Positions 28,142 to 41,100 of a DNA stretch of 64,000 bases are shown in pieces. The DNA comes from Ophelia neglecta (Eukaryota), in contig OZ260661.1 in NCBI GenBank assembly GCA_965285935.1, forward strand, positions 61,814,001-61,878,000. Direction: 5' to 3'. The position numbers were made by a program, and so were the translations under genes. Every line of letters begins with the position of its first letter. Position 1 is the stretch's first letter. The notes beneath the pieces were generated by a model. It was given only the letters and a program-made list of their open reading frames with translations, searched no databases and had not been told where the DNA came from.

Positions 28142-31100
28142 CAGGTATTTAGGACTTTGAATGAATCTCACTAAATGAGCAAGAAATGTGATAGCTATGA
28201 TACACAAGCGTCTCTTGTGACAGCTTCTAAGATTGGCTTTTGATTCCCAGAGAGATTGTCCCTAGTATATGACAGTCGGCTGTCTATGTAAGATGATCCA
28301 CCATTAGGTGCCTAGGAAAAATGCCGCACTCATGCATAGCAATGCCAGGCGATGAGATAAACTTCCAGATCCTTGTTGCAGTAAGAAGGTAGAAAAGTGT
28401 AGATTACAGAGTTGGCTGGGAATGTGAGTCATGGTGCAGTCTTTGACTCAGATGTAGTTTTGTCACACGCTCCACACAGGTCAGGTGATGTACACCGTTA
28501 GGTGTTCCCATTTCCTGGCTGGCACACACCGCTTGGAGCTCTAACCGGCACCTAGCGCTGGCAACATTTCCATTTACAAATCCAGTTGACTTGACTGGTA
28601 TTGTTATCATCACTGTTCCCCTATTTTATGTTTCCTGGCTGCTGTTTGGTTCCAGGAGCACTGAGACATGCTTTTGATTGGTTACCTAGGTGAGTTTTGC
28701 TTTGATCAGACTTCTTTACACTGCTATGTCATTATCATTTGAATGAGCCAAATACAAACAGGGGTTCTCTTCTAACCTGTACCCTTTTATCAGAGGTTAT
28801 AGGAAACTGAAGAGGCAAAGCCCTTCCTGAACTATTGATGTAGGGCCCACCTGGTAGGTGGGCTGTAGTACACAATAAGGGTTCTTGATTCTTGGCTTTG
28901 TTCTTGTCATTTCTCAGCAGGGATGAAGGATTAATGGAATCTCCTAGGCACACCTCTCACTGCCCACCTGCAGGTTACCATGACAAGGGGGGTCAGAGCT
29001 ACAGGTATCCCATTCAGGTGTCACATGGCCAGGTGGGCTCATCGCCACATCAAACGCTCAACGCAGAATTCGCCTTTGACAATAGCGATATTTCATTGAA
29101 AGAAAGCCAAATTTTCAGCACATCCTTCTGTTGCAATGTGTGAATTTAAAATTTCTTTCAAGTCAGAAACAACTTTTAAATGAGTGTGGTTGAGTCATCA
29201 ATGAGTTGGTTGTATTTACCAATGGATAGGTAAATAAATACAGCTAGGTTCCAGTCAGTTGCAGCTTACACAATCCTTTTGGACCTCTTGTCAAATCAGG
29301 ATTAGAAGTTTGTGAGTATTTGAGCAGATTTTGTAGTCACTTTGTAGATTGATATACTTTTCATGTTTAACATTCAATTCATCATTCTGTCAGGGTGGCC
29401 TGTTTGATTGTACAAGCTGATCTGACAAGAGATCCTATTACAGTTGAGTGACACTTAGAGTTTTCGTCATTGACTTATCATTAATATCACTGGTCTTGCT
29501 TTTTGTACCAGACAAATGTTCTCGTCTCTTGGACTATCCAAGAGGTGGCCATTCAGCATGCTGCCACTAATAAGGCCTGACAGTCCACTTGCTACACTGC
29601 TAGAGATATATCTCCCATGTCATTCTATACAAAACAAACATTGTCTTATATTGACTCATTCCTTAATGGGGATAATGTTTTAATAAAAACAATTTTTTAT
29701 ATTAATTCATAGTTTTCACTTAAGTAAAAGTTATTTTACATTTGCATAATTTTACATGTTTACGGCTAGTAGCAGTCCCAGCAAACACGTCATGGAGTTA
29801 GCAGATGTCTTTGACTTTGATTTATTCCAAGAATACCTCTGAACCCACCTTGGAATTTTACTCAACTGTAAGCTGATAAGTCGCTAATAGCCTGCAGTGT
29901 TGACAGGAAAGTAGGGCAGGTTAGAGGTCAAATTCTGTCTCTATCATACCCCCAGCTTGCAATGTTCATGACTCATTACAAGGCTGATTTTGAATTTTTG
30001 TTTGCTATATCCTGCAAATAAAATGTCTCTTCATTTTAACATCTTGATTCTATTCTTTAATTGTGCATCCAAGAGATCTGTTTTCAATATTTATTATTGT
30101 TTTTTTCTCTACATGACATCAAAGTCAATTTTTAATACCAAGATAAGTGAAGAATACAATCCCAGGGTACAGTATATGTTTGAAAATAAGTCGCTTATTT
30201 CATGTGACATAGCCCAATGTTTTTCTTCAAAGATATCTGAAAAACAATGAGGCATGATCTCACGAAGTGCCTCCTTGAACAATTCCCTCTGTTCAGTGAG
30301 TTTTAATAATAAAAAATCAGTCTAATGTCACTTGTAGCTAACTTCATCTCATGCTTCAGCTGCCTGTGGTTCCTGAGCCATACTAAGGTAGAGCCATTTT
30401 GTGTATCATTTTCATTCTGGTCCTCTTACTTCATGTATGTCACCAGCTGACGCAGCACATTCAGATGTGACCGACTACAGCCGTCTGCTGGTGTGTAGCT
30501 TGCTCCTAATTCTGTCAGAGCTTGTTTTCCACGAGCAGCTTCCCACTGGAACCGTGTACCTCCATCCCAACCTGCACTCTCCTGCATGACAAAGAGGATC
30601 CATTTAATTGTTCTGCGACCCTTCCTTAATTAATTTGGGCTCTGAGTAAAGCTCCCTAACATTTGTTTTACCTCCTTTAATCATTGCCCGCAATTTAGTT
30701 TAAGCCAAGAGCAACAAAGAACCTGTGAAGACTGGGCAAACGGCATTTCGGGTGGAATTTGCAGAGTGATAAATCACCAAGCAATGAGGAGAAACACTGC
30801 CACTTTACAGAGTGGCCATATTGGAAACTGTGCCACACGTCTGCATTCTTCATTGGGGTGGGGCCTCTCATTTCACTTGCCACAATTCGACCAAACCTTA
30901 ATGCCTGGCGTTGTTTTATCAACAGCCTCACCTTGATTATTTATGGGGACAATGGCAGTATGTGCACAGAATCCACAGTGGCTCTGGTGCTGCTGCTAAG
31001 CAATTCCAACCACCTTGGGAACTTCAAATCATTCTTCACAAGCTCAACAGCAAGACCTGAATCTCACCTTTGTATTGTGGGCCATAGCGCTTAGCACTTA

Positions 31101-31931
31101 GTGTTCAACTATGGCATTGTGTAAATGGAAAGCTTGCAGGGCCTGACATTCATCCCATGCTATGTTTATAAAACCCGTCCTTCTATTTAAACATTAGCAT
31201 TTCGTGTGATATTTAAGTCACATTCAAGGCAAAATTTTGGTTTTTTGGTAAAGGTAACTATAGTGTCAAGCAGTCATTTGTATACAAATAACCAGCCAGG
31301 CAAAATAATTGCTAATCTGATAATTTTGTAAATGTTGAGCCTGTGTAATAATTTATGTCGACTGTCATTCAGAGGTGAGTGTTTCTTGAGTCCACTCCCA
31401 AGGCAACCTTGTAGCATATTTACCCCAAATGGGAGTTCCAATCGAGGACAGAAGTCATAGATTTGAAACCTAATACTTGGTAGGACAGGATGATATATTG
31501 AAGGTTGCTGCTTTTATTCTCTCCCCGGTGACAATGATACAATAATACCATTTACCGCAGGGATTGTAAGATGGGTGGCAAATACCTCTGTCAAATATAT
31601 GCCTGATACACAAAGTGCAAAAGTGCATTTGTTTTATTTATTTAACGTCAACCCCAAACAATGCTCACTGTTCTATGGAAATGATATATGATCAGCACTG
31701 AATTAGTTGATAGCAATTTTTTTCTTTCATGGAACAGACCACTATGGGTTCAGAAATTATCTGTTTGTTGAGAGGATAAGAACTAACAATTAATCATTTT
31801 TACTACTTCTTTATTTTGATTTATATTTTGTTTCTTTCACTTTTTTCTTCTGTCAGACCTTGTCCTGTCTTTTAAAATATCATGAGATAAATTATAAATA
31901 TATTTCACCAGATATATTTGATGTTTTCCAG

Positions 31932-32198
31932 AAGAAGACCCAGCTGTGGAACAGGGCATGAACACCTTAGATTCCCAGATTGACCCTGAGTCAAGTGTCC
32001 AAAGCTGCCAAACAAACCATAAAGCTGCAAACAGTACTTGCCCTGAAGAATTGAAGCCACTAGATGTGAAACCCCTGGAAGAAAGCTGCCATGACAGCTC
32101 CCTGGATGCACTGGAGTCCCCTACTTGTATGACTCGAACAGAGGAAGGCCTTAGCCAGGAATCCGATATGGAACAGAGTAGTCTGACTGGCGATAAAG
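31932..32198 (+). CDS. ZEB: ZEB coding exon (acidic N-terminal region)
   Basis: Acceptor ttttccag|AAGAAG and donor AAAG|gtaaaa; open frame [16 protein letters not shown]...GDK, phase 1 at both ends. No family motif in this exon, so assignment rests on splicing and adjacency. Confidence 0.75.
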
Positions 32199-35100
32199 GT
32201 AAAAATCCTTTCAAAAATTGAACCATCCTAAGACAGGATCATAATTACCAAAACCTCTGGAAGAAAGTGTGTAATTAAAATTTTATTTTTGTTCTTACAG
32301 ATGACGAAGAGTCTAATGTGACTGGTGACGGCAATAAATCAGAAGATGAATCGACAAATAGTTTAGAAGAGAAAAAGGAAGGAAGTGAAGAAAAGGCAGA
32401 GGAGAGTGAAGAAGAGAAGATCCAGGAGTTGATGAATCGCAGTGACACCGCAGTGATCTTCCCTGAGCCTGTCAGCGACCAAGAAGACAACCTAGAAAAT
32501 GAGGATGAAAACGATGGTAAGAAGTTATTTTTACATTTATAGATATTCCCAAAAAAAATGTAAAATATTGGGGAACCTTCGTTACAGACTATTAAAACAT
32601 GGATAAGATTGTAACATCACTTCATATTAAATTAAAAATATCCTATCAGCAGTATTGTCTATTAAAAACCAATTTCTGAGCAGTAAATTTGGCAGCTTTT
32701 ATTCAGGCTGTGCTCTGAGACTAAGCTTTTATCCATTTTCTTTCCATTTGATTGTCGATAGTCAATAAAATGTGCTATAAGCTGGAATATATATTATTGC
32801 ACTCAACCACAAATGGTCAAACTGACTTAAAATGAATTCATACTCCCGTACACAAGTTCCTTTATTGTTCACTATCTTTGTATTTGAAATCCACAGTGAA
32901 AGCTTCATTTTCTTTAAAACATATAATGTGGCTATTCAATTTTAGCCGGTCAGGATGTATAGTGTAAAATGCAGGTATATTTGGTCTGTGACATTTTAGA
33001 AATATTGGTGGAAGTGGCCAGGCATGTAGGGCCTGTCATCTGGGAGAAACGACAATGTCTAGATCACATCGCAGTCCCAAAAGTCACATGATTATCTTTG
33101 CTAGCGCCTTTGACAATTTCCATGTTGATCCATGCATGGCAGTCTGGGGACTTGATGATATTGATCGCTATAATTAAGAATTGCATGAAAATATAGGCTC
33201 AGCCACCTGCACTATTACAAAATTAGATGTTGTATCCATAAACATGTACATGTACATGCTTGTTGGCCAAAATATATGGTACATGTTAAACATCTTCTTT
33301 TGTTATTGGCCATAGAATTAGTTAAAGAAATGTCTCTGTTAAGAACAAGGGAACTTCTATTATGAGAAATATAACCAATCATTATTTGAAATGAATAAGC
33401 AAAATCGTTGATTGAATCATAAAGCTGTTAAATTTATATAAAATGCTAATACTAATATGTTTATTAAAACTGATTAACTTATTGATATTGATTTCACCCA
33501 ACTAATCAACTGATGTTTAATTTGTGTTATGCTGTTGGATTGATCCTTTTTTTGGACTTGGCCGAAATTATCATTAGAATGTAATTTCTTCTTGATATTT
33601 CATTTCTATCTATTTGGCCAATTTGACAAGGTTGAGGGATCGCACCTCGTAGGAGGGTCCATGATTTGCATAGGGTTGAAGCAGAAAGCCTCCCTGAGGA
33701 GTCCTGCTCTCGTGTAGCTGCCGTAAACATCATCCGCATCATCAGCACTGTATGACCGGCTCCCATCAGCCTGGCGTCGTAATATCACTCGTTTCATGCA
33801 TCTCTGTTTCAACATGCTTAAAATCCCAGAAAATGTCCAGATTTCTTTGGCTGAGTGCACTTGAGGGAATTGGGCCTAGGTGTGTGCAGTTTGCAGATCT
33901 GTGATTGCAGCCCAAGAGCGGGGATATTAAACAAAGCATGTGACATGTCCTAACCACTGGGGTGACTTTTGTTGTGCGATGGCCCATCCATTCATCATTC
34001 CATCACAATGCATAGAGAATATCTAATCAGATACGTATCAAAGGATTAGTTCCTTGTGCGCTTTCTTTGGCTCAAATGGCATTATTATGCATGACGGGGG
34101 TGTACAGTCTGGCATTCGATGTGAAAGCATACAGCAAATATAAGCAGGTGATCTGTTCTCCTCACATCTCCCAGCACTGGGGTCAGGCTTGACTCACTGC
34201 CTGAAAGATTGAACATTACTTGGCAATGTCAATAGTTGTTATCAAACAAAATCTCTCTTGCACAACAACTCCTGCTTAATTTCTCCTGTCTCCTGAACAC
34301 AGCCTAATTGGAAAATGTCAACTTATCTGTGAAAGAATGACCGATGTCTCATTTTCCGTGGGGGATGGGTAATGTCATTGAAACGCATTTGATTGGATGC
34401 CCACTCTGAATGACTATAATCTCTGCGGAGCAATAACTTTTTGTTGTCAGTGAACGTGTTTCTTGCTTTTCCTCTTGTCTTTTTATGGTATTTCGATAAA
34501 TCAAAAATCTTATCACGTCTAGTTCTTCTGATTATGTAATAGCATAACATCCAATCTAGCTGCTAATTTATTTGACAAAGGACATTTTATCCTTCAGGTA
34601 GATTGTTGGTTAAACACCTCAGGTGTTGAATTAACCTTGGCTGTCTTGAACAGTTTACTAATTAAGGCAGTTCCCATTGTCTGGCTGGGTGAGGATGAGA
34701 GGGCCAGATATTGGAGCATCTTGTCAAATTGATTTTACTCTACAATTACATGATTACATCAATTGTGTTTGCCTTCTATTTACCTGCAGGCTCACTGTTC
34801 TATTGCTTAACACCAAGACGCTGCCCCAGGGTGTGTGATGGCAATTCCTCACACTGGTAAACTGGCCTTGTATGATTAAATAATGCATTTTATAGTTGTC
34901 TACCTTGGAGAATCCACTATGCGTGCAATCTGGGACTTAGCAAAACTTGCACAAACCTTCAGAGGTTTTTTTTTCGTAATAAAGGCGAATTATTTGATTG
35001 TTTTGTTTTTTTACAAATGAATCATGATAATTCATCTTCCAACCTTGATGTCAAATTCCTATCTAAAATTACTGTGATTGCCTTTTTTATTTTTTCTGGA

Positions 35101-38100
35101 GATGGTATTTCCATTCATTTAGCTATGCCTGGCATTTGAAGCACATCCAAACCTGGCAACCTGAGTTGTTGAGACTTGGAATTGAGAAAACAAGTGTCAT
35201 AAAATTTGTATGCCTGACAGGATATTCCACTTGGCATTGGAAAGGTACACCTTGAGGCCGTCAGATTGCTCATTGAGTCACACCTTCTCATCTCCAAACC
35301 TACCTGGCAACGAGCATTAAATCAAACAATTGCTTTTATTGGACAACAGCTGCTTTGGAGTTTTTTGGCAGATTTGTCAGGAGTTTTGAGCAGGGCAAGC
35401 AGGATGAGTTTATTTGTATGCTGTATGGCGTGTGTTGCGTCTAAATCACAAGGGAGCTTGTCATTCTTTTGTCATGCGGCTGAGAGGAGATGCAGGTATT
35501 GTTGAGAAGCTACCTGGCAACGTGTGGCCTTGTCTCCTCTCTCAGACAGGGAATCACCAGGAGGGAACTGACTCCAATTTAGTCCTGACTAACACATTCA
35601 AGGCATTTACAGTGTCAAATCCTTTGGCTTAAGTCCTGCCATCAGCACTGTGTAGCCAATCTGCAGGCTGTGTTTGACGCTAGTTTGCCCCTCCATTTGA
35701 GAGAGCTAGGGGACTGGGTCCTTAATGTATATTGGCTCTCAGGTGCAGGCCATGTCGCTATTCTCATCAGGTGTTGTTATTGCCAGTGCGTCCTTTAGTG
35801 TACAGGTATCTGGCACATGCCCCGCAAGCTTAATGTGCTGCTTAAAGTGATCGTCTTCACTTATGGATTCAAAGCACTGTTCTCCGATGGCCAGTAAATG
35901 TCAGTGCAGTGAAGAAATGCTGAGTCAGGACCGGCACTGTGCACCTGGCGATGGGACTTGCCATGTTGGAGACTGCCAAGTGGCTCACAACACTCAAGTC
36001 TCCTTCCATCTTTGAAGTGGCCAGTTTAGCCCAGAACACCTGGTATATTTATTTATACATGAGCCTTACATCAAAATGAGCAGAAGACTGTTTTACCTTG
36101 GCCGTCTGTCAAACCCAGATCAGCCCCGCCAGTGTATACCTTACGGAAAATACTGTCAACCACTGCACCTCCTAGAATAGAAGGTCTCATTTAGGACTCA
36201 CTGGAAGCTCAGTGTCTCTGCTCCATTTATATAAGTATGTATACATTTTCATCCACCCTGTAGCATTTTGAGGAGTCTTATTGTCCTGTTAAAGTAAAAT
36301 TCAAATACAAGAAAAAAAATCAGGAATTCTACCAACTCAATTTTGTGAGTATTTGCCTTTTGAATGTCTTGTAAGTTGCTGTTAGGTAAGACAGCTAAGT
36401 TTTGGCCACAACAATTCGTCAAAAAATGGTTAAAATCTGTTCTTTCATGACGGTTTGTCCTGGTTTGCTCATTCACAGTGATTAATGTAAAGGAAACAAA
36501 TATACTTTAAAGTCTTTATTTAGTTCCTAGTGTTTTATTTGATGTAGCATGGTAATTCCGCCCCAGGACCACTGAGCCCCAGGCTGCTGATCATGTATGT
36601 ATTGATTAGGCCTGAAATCCACCTTGAAGGGATACCATGTTGGCAATCAGTTACTCCCCAGGTAAATCAGGAGGCACTGTTCCCCTTTAGCCTCCAGCAA
36701 AACACTAACTATGAATTTCAAACAAAATTCTACACAGGAGCCATTTTATCAGATTGCATTGATTCAACTTGTAGTTTTTTACCCCTACAACCCTTCACAT
36801 GGAATTATTGTGTCTGACAACTTTCTCTGTGCTTTACCTCCATTGGAGCCAATATGTAGGCAGTGCCCTTGGACATGTTCACTTACAGTCAGAATCAGCT
36901 GATACCAAAGCAAATTTAAGGCTCTCCACACAATATGAAGTGAATCAAGTGGTGTTTTACCTTGCTCTTAGTCAGCAAAAACCTCTGATGTATTGAAATT
37001 CCAGCAGTTGGCTTTGAGAATTCCATCCTAATCAAGGCAGACGGAGCACCTGGGTGCCACATTACTTAATTACCTGTGGAAGCAAACACTGCACTGTGGC
37101 CCATTGCTTGCTGGGGGTTGTGATGAAAACATGCCCCGTCACACTTCAAGGTGAGGACACGCTCCCTAAATAGGTTGTATTAACAAGAGAGTGCTGCCAG
37201 GAAGCTGTTGCTTTCTCCACCATGTCATACCTGCTCATCTGATTAATTATTTAGCCAACAACTAATCTATGGTCTACGGGTTTTTTTTCTAACCAATGAG
37301 CGTGTAGTCATGAGATGCATTGGTAAGTAGATTTAATTCTACTACATGGTTTTAAACCTGAGTATAGGTGGTAGGTGGCATGTCAGGTTTTAACTACATA
37401 GAACAATATCCTGTGGTGTAAATCTGATAAGCATAGGTATTACAAAACCTCCAGCTTCATACCCAAAGGTGAAAATACCTTCAAACTGAGAGTTTTATTT
37501 GTGTACACCAGTTTATTCTATCCGCCTGCTCTTTGTTGACCATGTTTCTATTGTTTTTTTCTTCTGTTTTTTTTGTTGCACTATCTTTTGGATTATATCT
37601 TCATGTATTCATGCTTTTACAGAATAAAGTCTATCTCTTGTGCCGTTTGAAGAATCTTAATTGATTTCATATTTGAACTACTGTCGCTTCATTCTATTGC
37701 CAAAATGCAAAATTTTTTAGATTCCTGGCCAAATTATAAGGCACTGGTTTTTTGTATACTAGACAAGAAACCTGAACAAATCTTCTGAGAAACTTGTGTG
37801 AAAATAAATGCCAAGATATTTATTAGTCAATTTACTAGTTGGTTGAAAGTAACTAAGGGAGACAAATTCCCCTTCTAAAGTTTTGTTTATCTGAACACCT
37901 TAGTTGTGTTATTGACAGGTTCCTGGTTCTTATCTCTAAGGTGCTCTAATGTGACTCCAGAGTCGTTAGTGTTGCTCAGTAATATGTTTACGGCTATTCT
38001 TCAATTGTTCATTTCGATAAGGTTTTTTTATGTTGGAAGTTTATGCCAGGCAAGTGAGAGGTAGGGCCGCAGATCCCGGTGAGCCAACACCTGCTTGGCT

Positions 38101-41100
38101 TAGAAACGGGGAATATTCTACTAGGCAGTTTTGTGTGTTAGTTAGAGTTTCCTGTGATAAGGACAGTTTTAATCCTAATGAGTGTAATTTAACAAATGAC
38201 CAAGGTAACAGTTGCAGCAGGATCTGACTTGTAATGAAGTTAACCAGGAAGGCACAAATCATGCTGAACCGAAGTTGTGAAGGAAGTACAGGTCATCAGA
38301 AGACCAATTTAAACATGGGAGGTGGTGCTGCCCACCTGTTCTTCCTGGCTCTCTGCAAACCCGTTCAGAAAGAATTCATGTTTACCTTGGCTTTGGATAA
38401 TCTTATAATGATGATATTGCATTGTTCTAAAGAGTTATTTTATAGAATGGCACCAATTGCAATGCAGTTATTGGTCTGTTTCTCTAAACGCACTGAGTCA
38501 GCTGATTTATGGAAGATTAACAGTTTCCTGACCAAGATTCTATTGCAGCCAAGGTCTGTTTTCGCTGAGCACACAAGGTTTGATTTATCCCAGGTAGATA
38601 ATGGAAATCTCAGGGCTGAGCATCTTGCCGTCACACCTGGAGATGCAACTGTTTATTATCAACACTACCTGGACCTAGTCAGGGGTGCACTGCTGCAATT
38701 CATGTGGCTAACAAACAGCCACATGTGATAGTCTCTTTGTATTTCAAGTTTGTCAAGTTTTTTGTAGATCATTTTTCAAGTGCACATCTGTTGGACAGGT
38801 ATTTTGCCTGGTACATTGACAAATTCTTTTTCTGTTATATTGTCATTTAATTTAATAAACTTGCTGTTTAGTGAATTGGGTCTTTCTCTATATTCAGTAC
38901 CAGTACCTGTCCAAAGGATATGTAACTGCATGTTTTTCAGTAAGTTCTGGTACTTCAATTGTTCTGTAATTTAGCAGCCTCAACCGTCTGCCTCTTATCC
39001 AGTGGTGGTGTTTGTCAGAACATATCAGTACTTGGTTAATAGATTCTCTGCAGGTTAACTTCTCCCAGGACCTTCGCCGTATTTACTCACTGTTTTTATT
39101 GTTGCTGTGGCTACACTTTAAATAGTTATCTAACTTGATAAACAAAGGGAGTAAAAAGCAGGAAGACAAAGACTACCTGGTTGCTAGCTGCCTCGAGCAT
39201 TTTACAGAGAGGAGTGCCATTTATTTAGCTGCCTCTCATTCTGAAACCAGATAAGCTATTTCTTGGTGCACCTGTTCTACAGGTAGTCTTTTTCAAAACA
39301 TAACTATGTTGTTAAAGGTGTGTTGGTACAAAACTCTGTTTTTCGATGCCTGCTTAAACTTAATTTTAAGGTTGGGTGCGATGTACCAAGAAAAACATAC
39401 ACCCAGTTGGTGAATTACTGCAAATTACTTTCCACCTTGATCTCGGGGCAGAATTCAGGGAATTCCAATTGCATCACTTGTAACAGGATTTGTTTTCATT
39501 CTGTCAATTATAAATTTCATTCTATTTCCTAAGGCAAGGAATACAGACCAGGGTATTATGTGTAGTTGCTCAGTACTGGTCTCAACTTAGGAGAAAAGTG
39601 TAGGATTTATCATACCGTTGAAATATTGCTCAGTTAAATATAAAATGTTTAGTCATTTATAATTGGCATCTGGCATATTTGAATGCCTTGCTCTGTGTCT
39701 CAGTGCATTGTAAAATGAAGAGATCTGGTGATAACATCACACTTGTACATGTATGTTTTGTACCTGTTGGAGTAAAACCTGTGCTTGGTGCCATCTTCCA
39801 CTTAAATATTCATTGATACCTGAATGCAGCATAGAGTATATTACAGATGCCTCAAACCCATGGAATTCGAGACAAGGTCGATTGCCATTTAATCATTGGG
39901 GATTGTGCTGTGATGGGAGGGTATATTGAGGGAATGGCATCTGAGTGGGGCGCTGGAGGCGAGAGTTTCACCTCCAATTTGTATTCTGACATCACAGCCA
40001 CCATTGCTGTCCAATCTCCATCTCTGCTGTATTTATGAGTCATGGCGCCCGTTTTCCACCCTCTGCAACTCGAAAGCTGGATTCTATGGCCAGACTTTCA
40101 CAGATAACTTAGTTTACCTGTTTGTATTATTGTGCGATAAACCAATTACCAAGACCAATCTCGGCTTGTTAGGGTTGCTTGCTGGTTCTATTGAGAAGGT
40201 GAATACTCATCATTATGCTGACAAATTCACATCATTTTCACCTGAAAGGTGTCAGGCAGAAGAGGCGGACATATTTGCTTCGTCACATCTCCCAGATTTC
40301 CCCTGCCATTGTGCCTGCTGTGCCAGAAATGGACTTGATTGTCAAGCAAGTCTGAGACCGGGACCCTGCAGAAGGTGTATTGCATAAGCTATCAGCATAT
40401 TTTTGCTGTCCAGATGTATACACAGATGGCAGACTGTTTATTTCCAGCTAGGCACAGGGCATAACTAGCTGTAACACCTCAGTTATTCACATGGTAAAAT
40501 TATTACTTCCTAATGATAATCCTTGGACAGGTTTCACCACTTGCTTTTAGTGTTATTACCAACTGTATACTAATTAAATCACCTACATGTACCTATGTGA
40601 TGGTGGACCCTTTATCATTAAAACTTAGCAGTTAATAAATATATACATGTAGTACCAGAAAGAGAGAAACTTATAAGCTTCATGTACATGTAGGTATGTA
40701 AGAGAAGATCTCCTGCTGTCTTCATGTCAGTGAGAGGTCCTGGTTTGCCTGCTACACAGATGGAGTCATTATTCAGAGGAAATGAATTGATATGAAATCG
40801 AATTAATACCACTTTTCATTGAATTAGCACGCATTTGGCATTTGATTGCCTCATCAGCGTGGGCTGTACCTTTGTAATGTACTGTGGATATTGTTCTCCA
40901 AACTATTTCATTACCGATTTTACTGGCAAAGTCTGGCTAAAATCACCTCCCTACAGGCGCTTGTAAAATCAAATTATACCACTTCGGTAACAGTGAGCTA
41001 CTATATACCAGTCAGACATTTCATAAAATAAACAGTTAATTTCAGAAATACTTATTCCAAATAATCAGTTTGGTTTGTTTAGTATTTTAATTTTTTATAT

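Larger units (their letters stand above)
1..31931 (+). other. Probable large 5' intron(s) or regulatory region of ZEB
   Basis: No credible coding exon was found. The first visible ZEB exon starts with a splice acceptor in phase 1, so upstream exon(s) must exist; small or non-coding exons inside this span cannot be excluded. Confidence 0.6.

Noticed and set aside
31837-32490. Ser-rich minus-strand ORFs
   Set aside because: Antisense shadows of the Glu/Asp-rich ZEB exons.
33527-33987. Three overlapping minus-strand ORFs
   Set aside because: Due to locally higher GC; no domain recognised. Kept only as a CpG-retaining patch.
38234-38728. 164-aa ORF within the ZEB intron
   Set aside because: No zinc-finger or transposase signature; the flanking ZEB exons already join in phase without it.
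3846-39290. CAGGTAG as Zelda/TAGteam sites
   Set aside because: Zelda is arthropod-restricted and the enriched motif includes CAGGTG and both orientations, which fits ZEB/Snail-type boxes better.
39926-40387. 153-aa ORF with a Cys-rich end
   Set aside because: Cys spacing does not match C2H2 or other known folds; no good splice sites.
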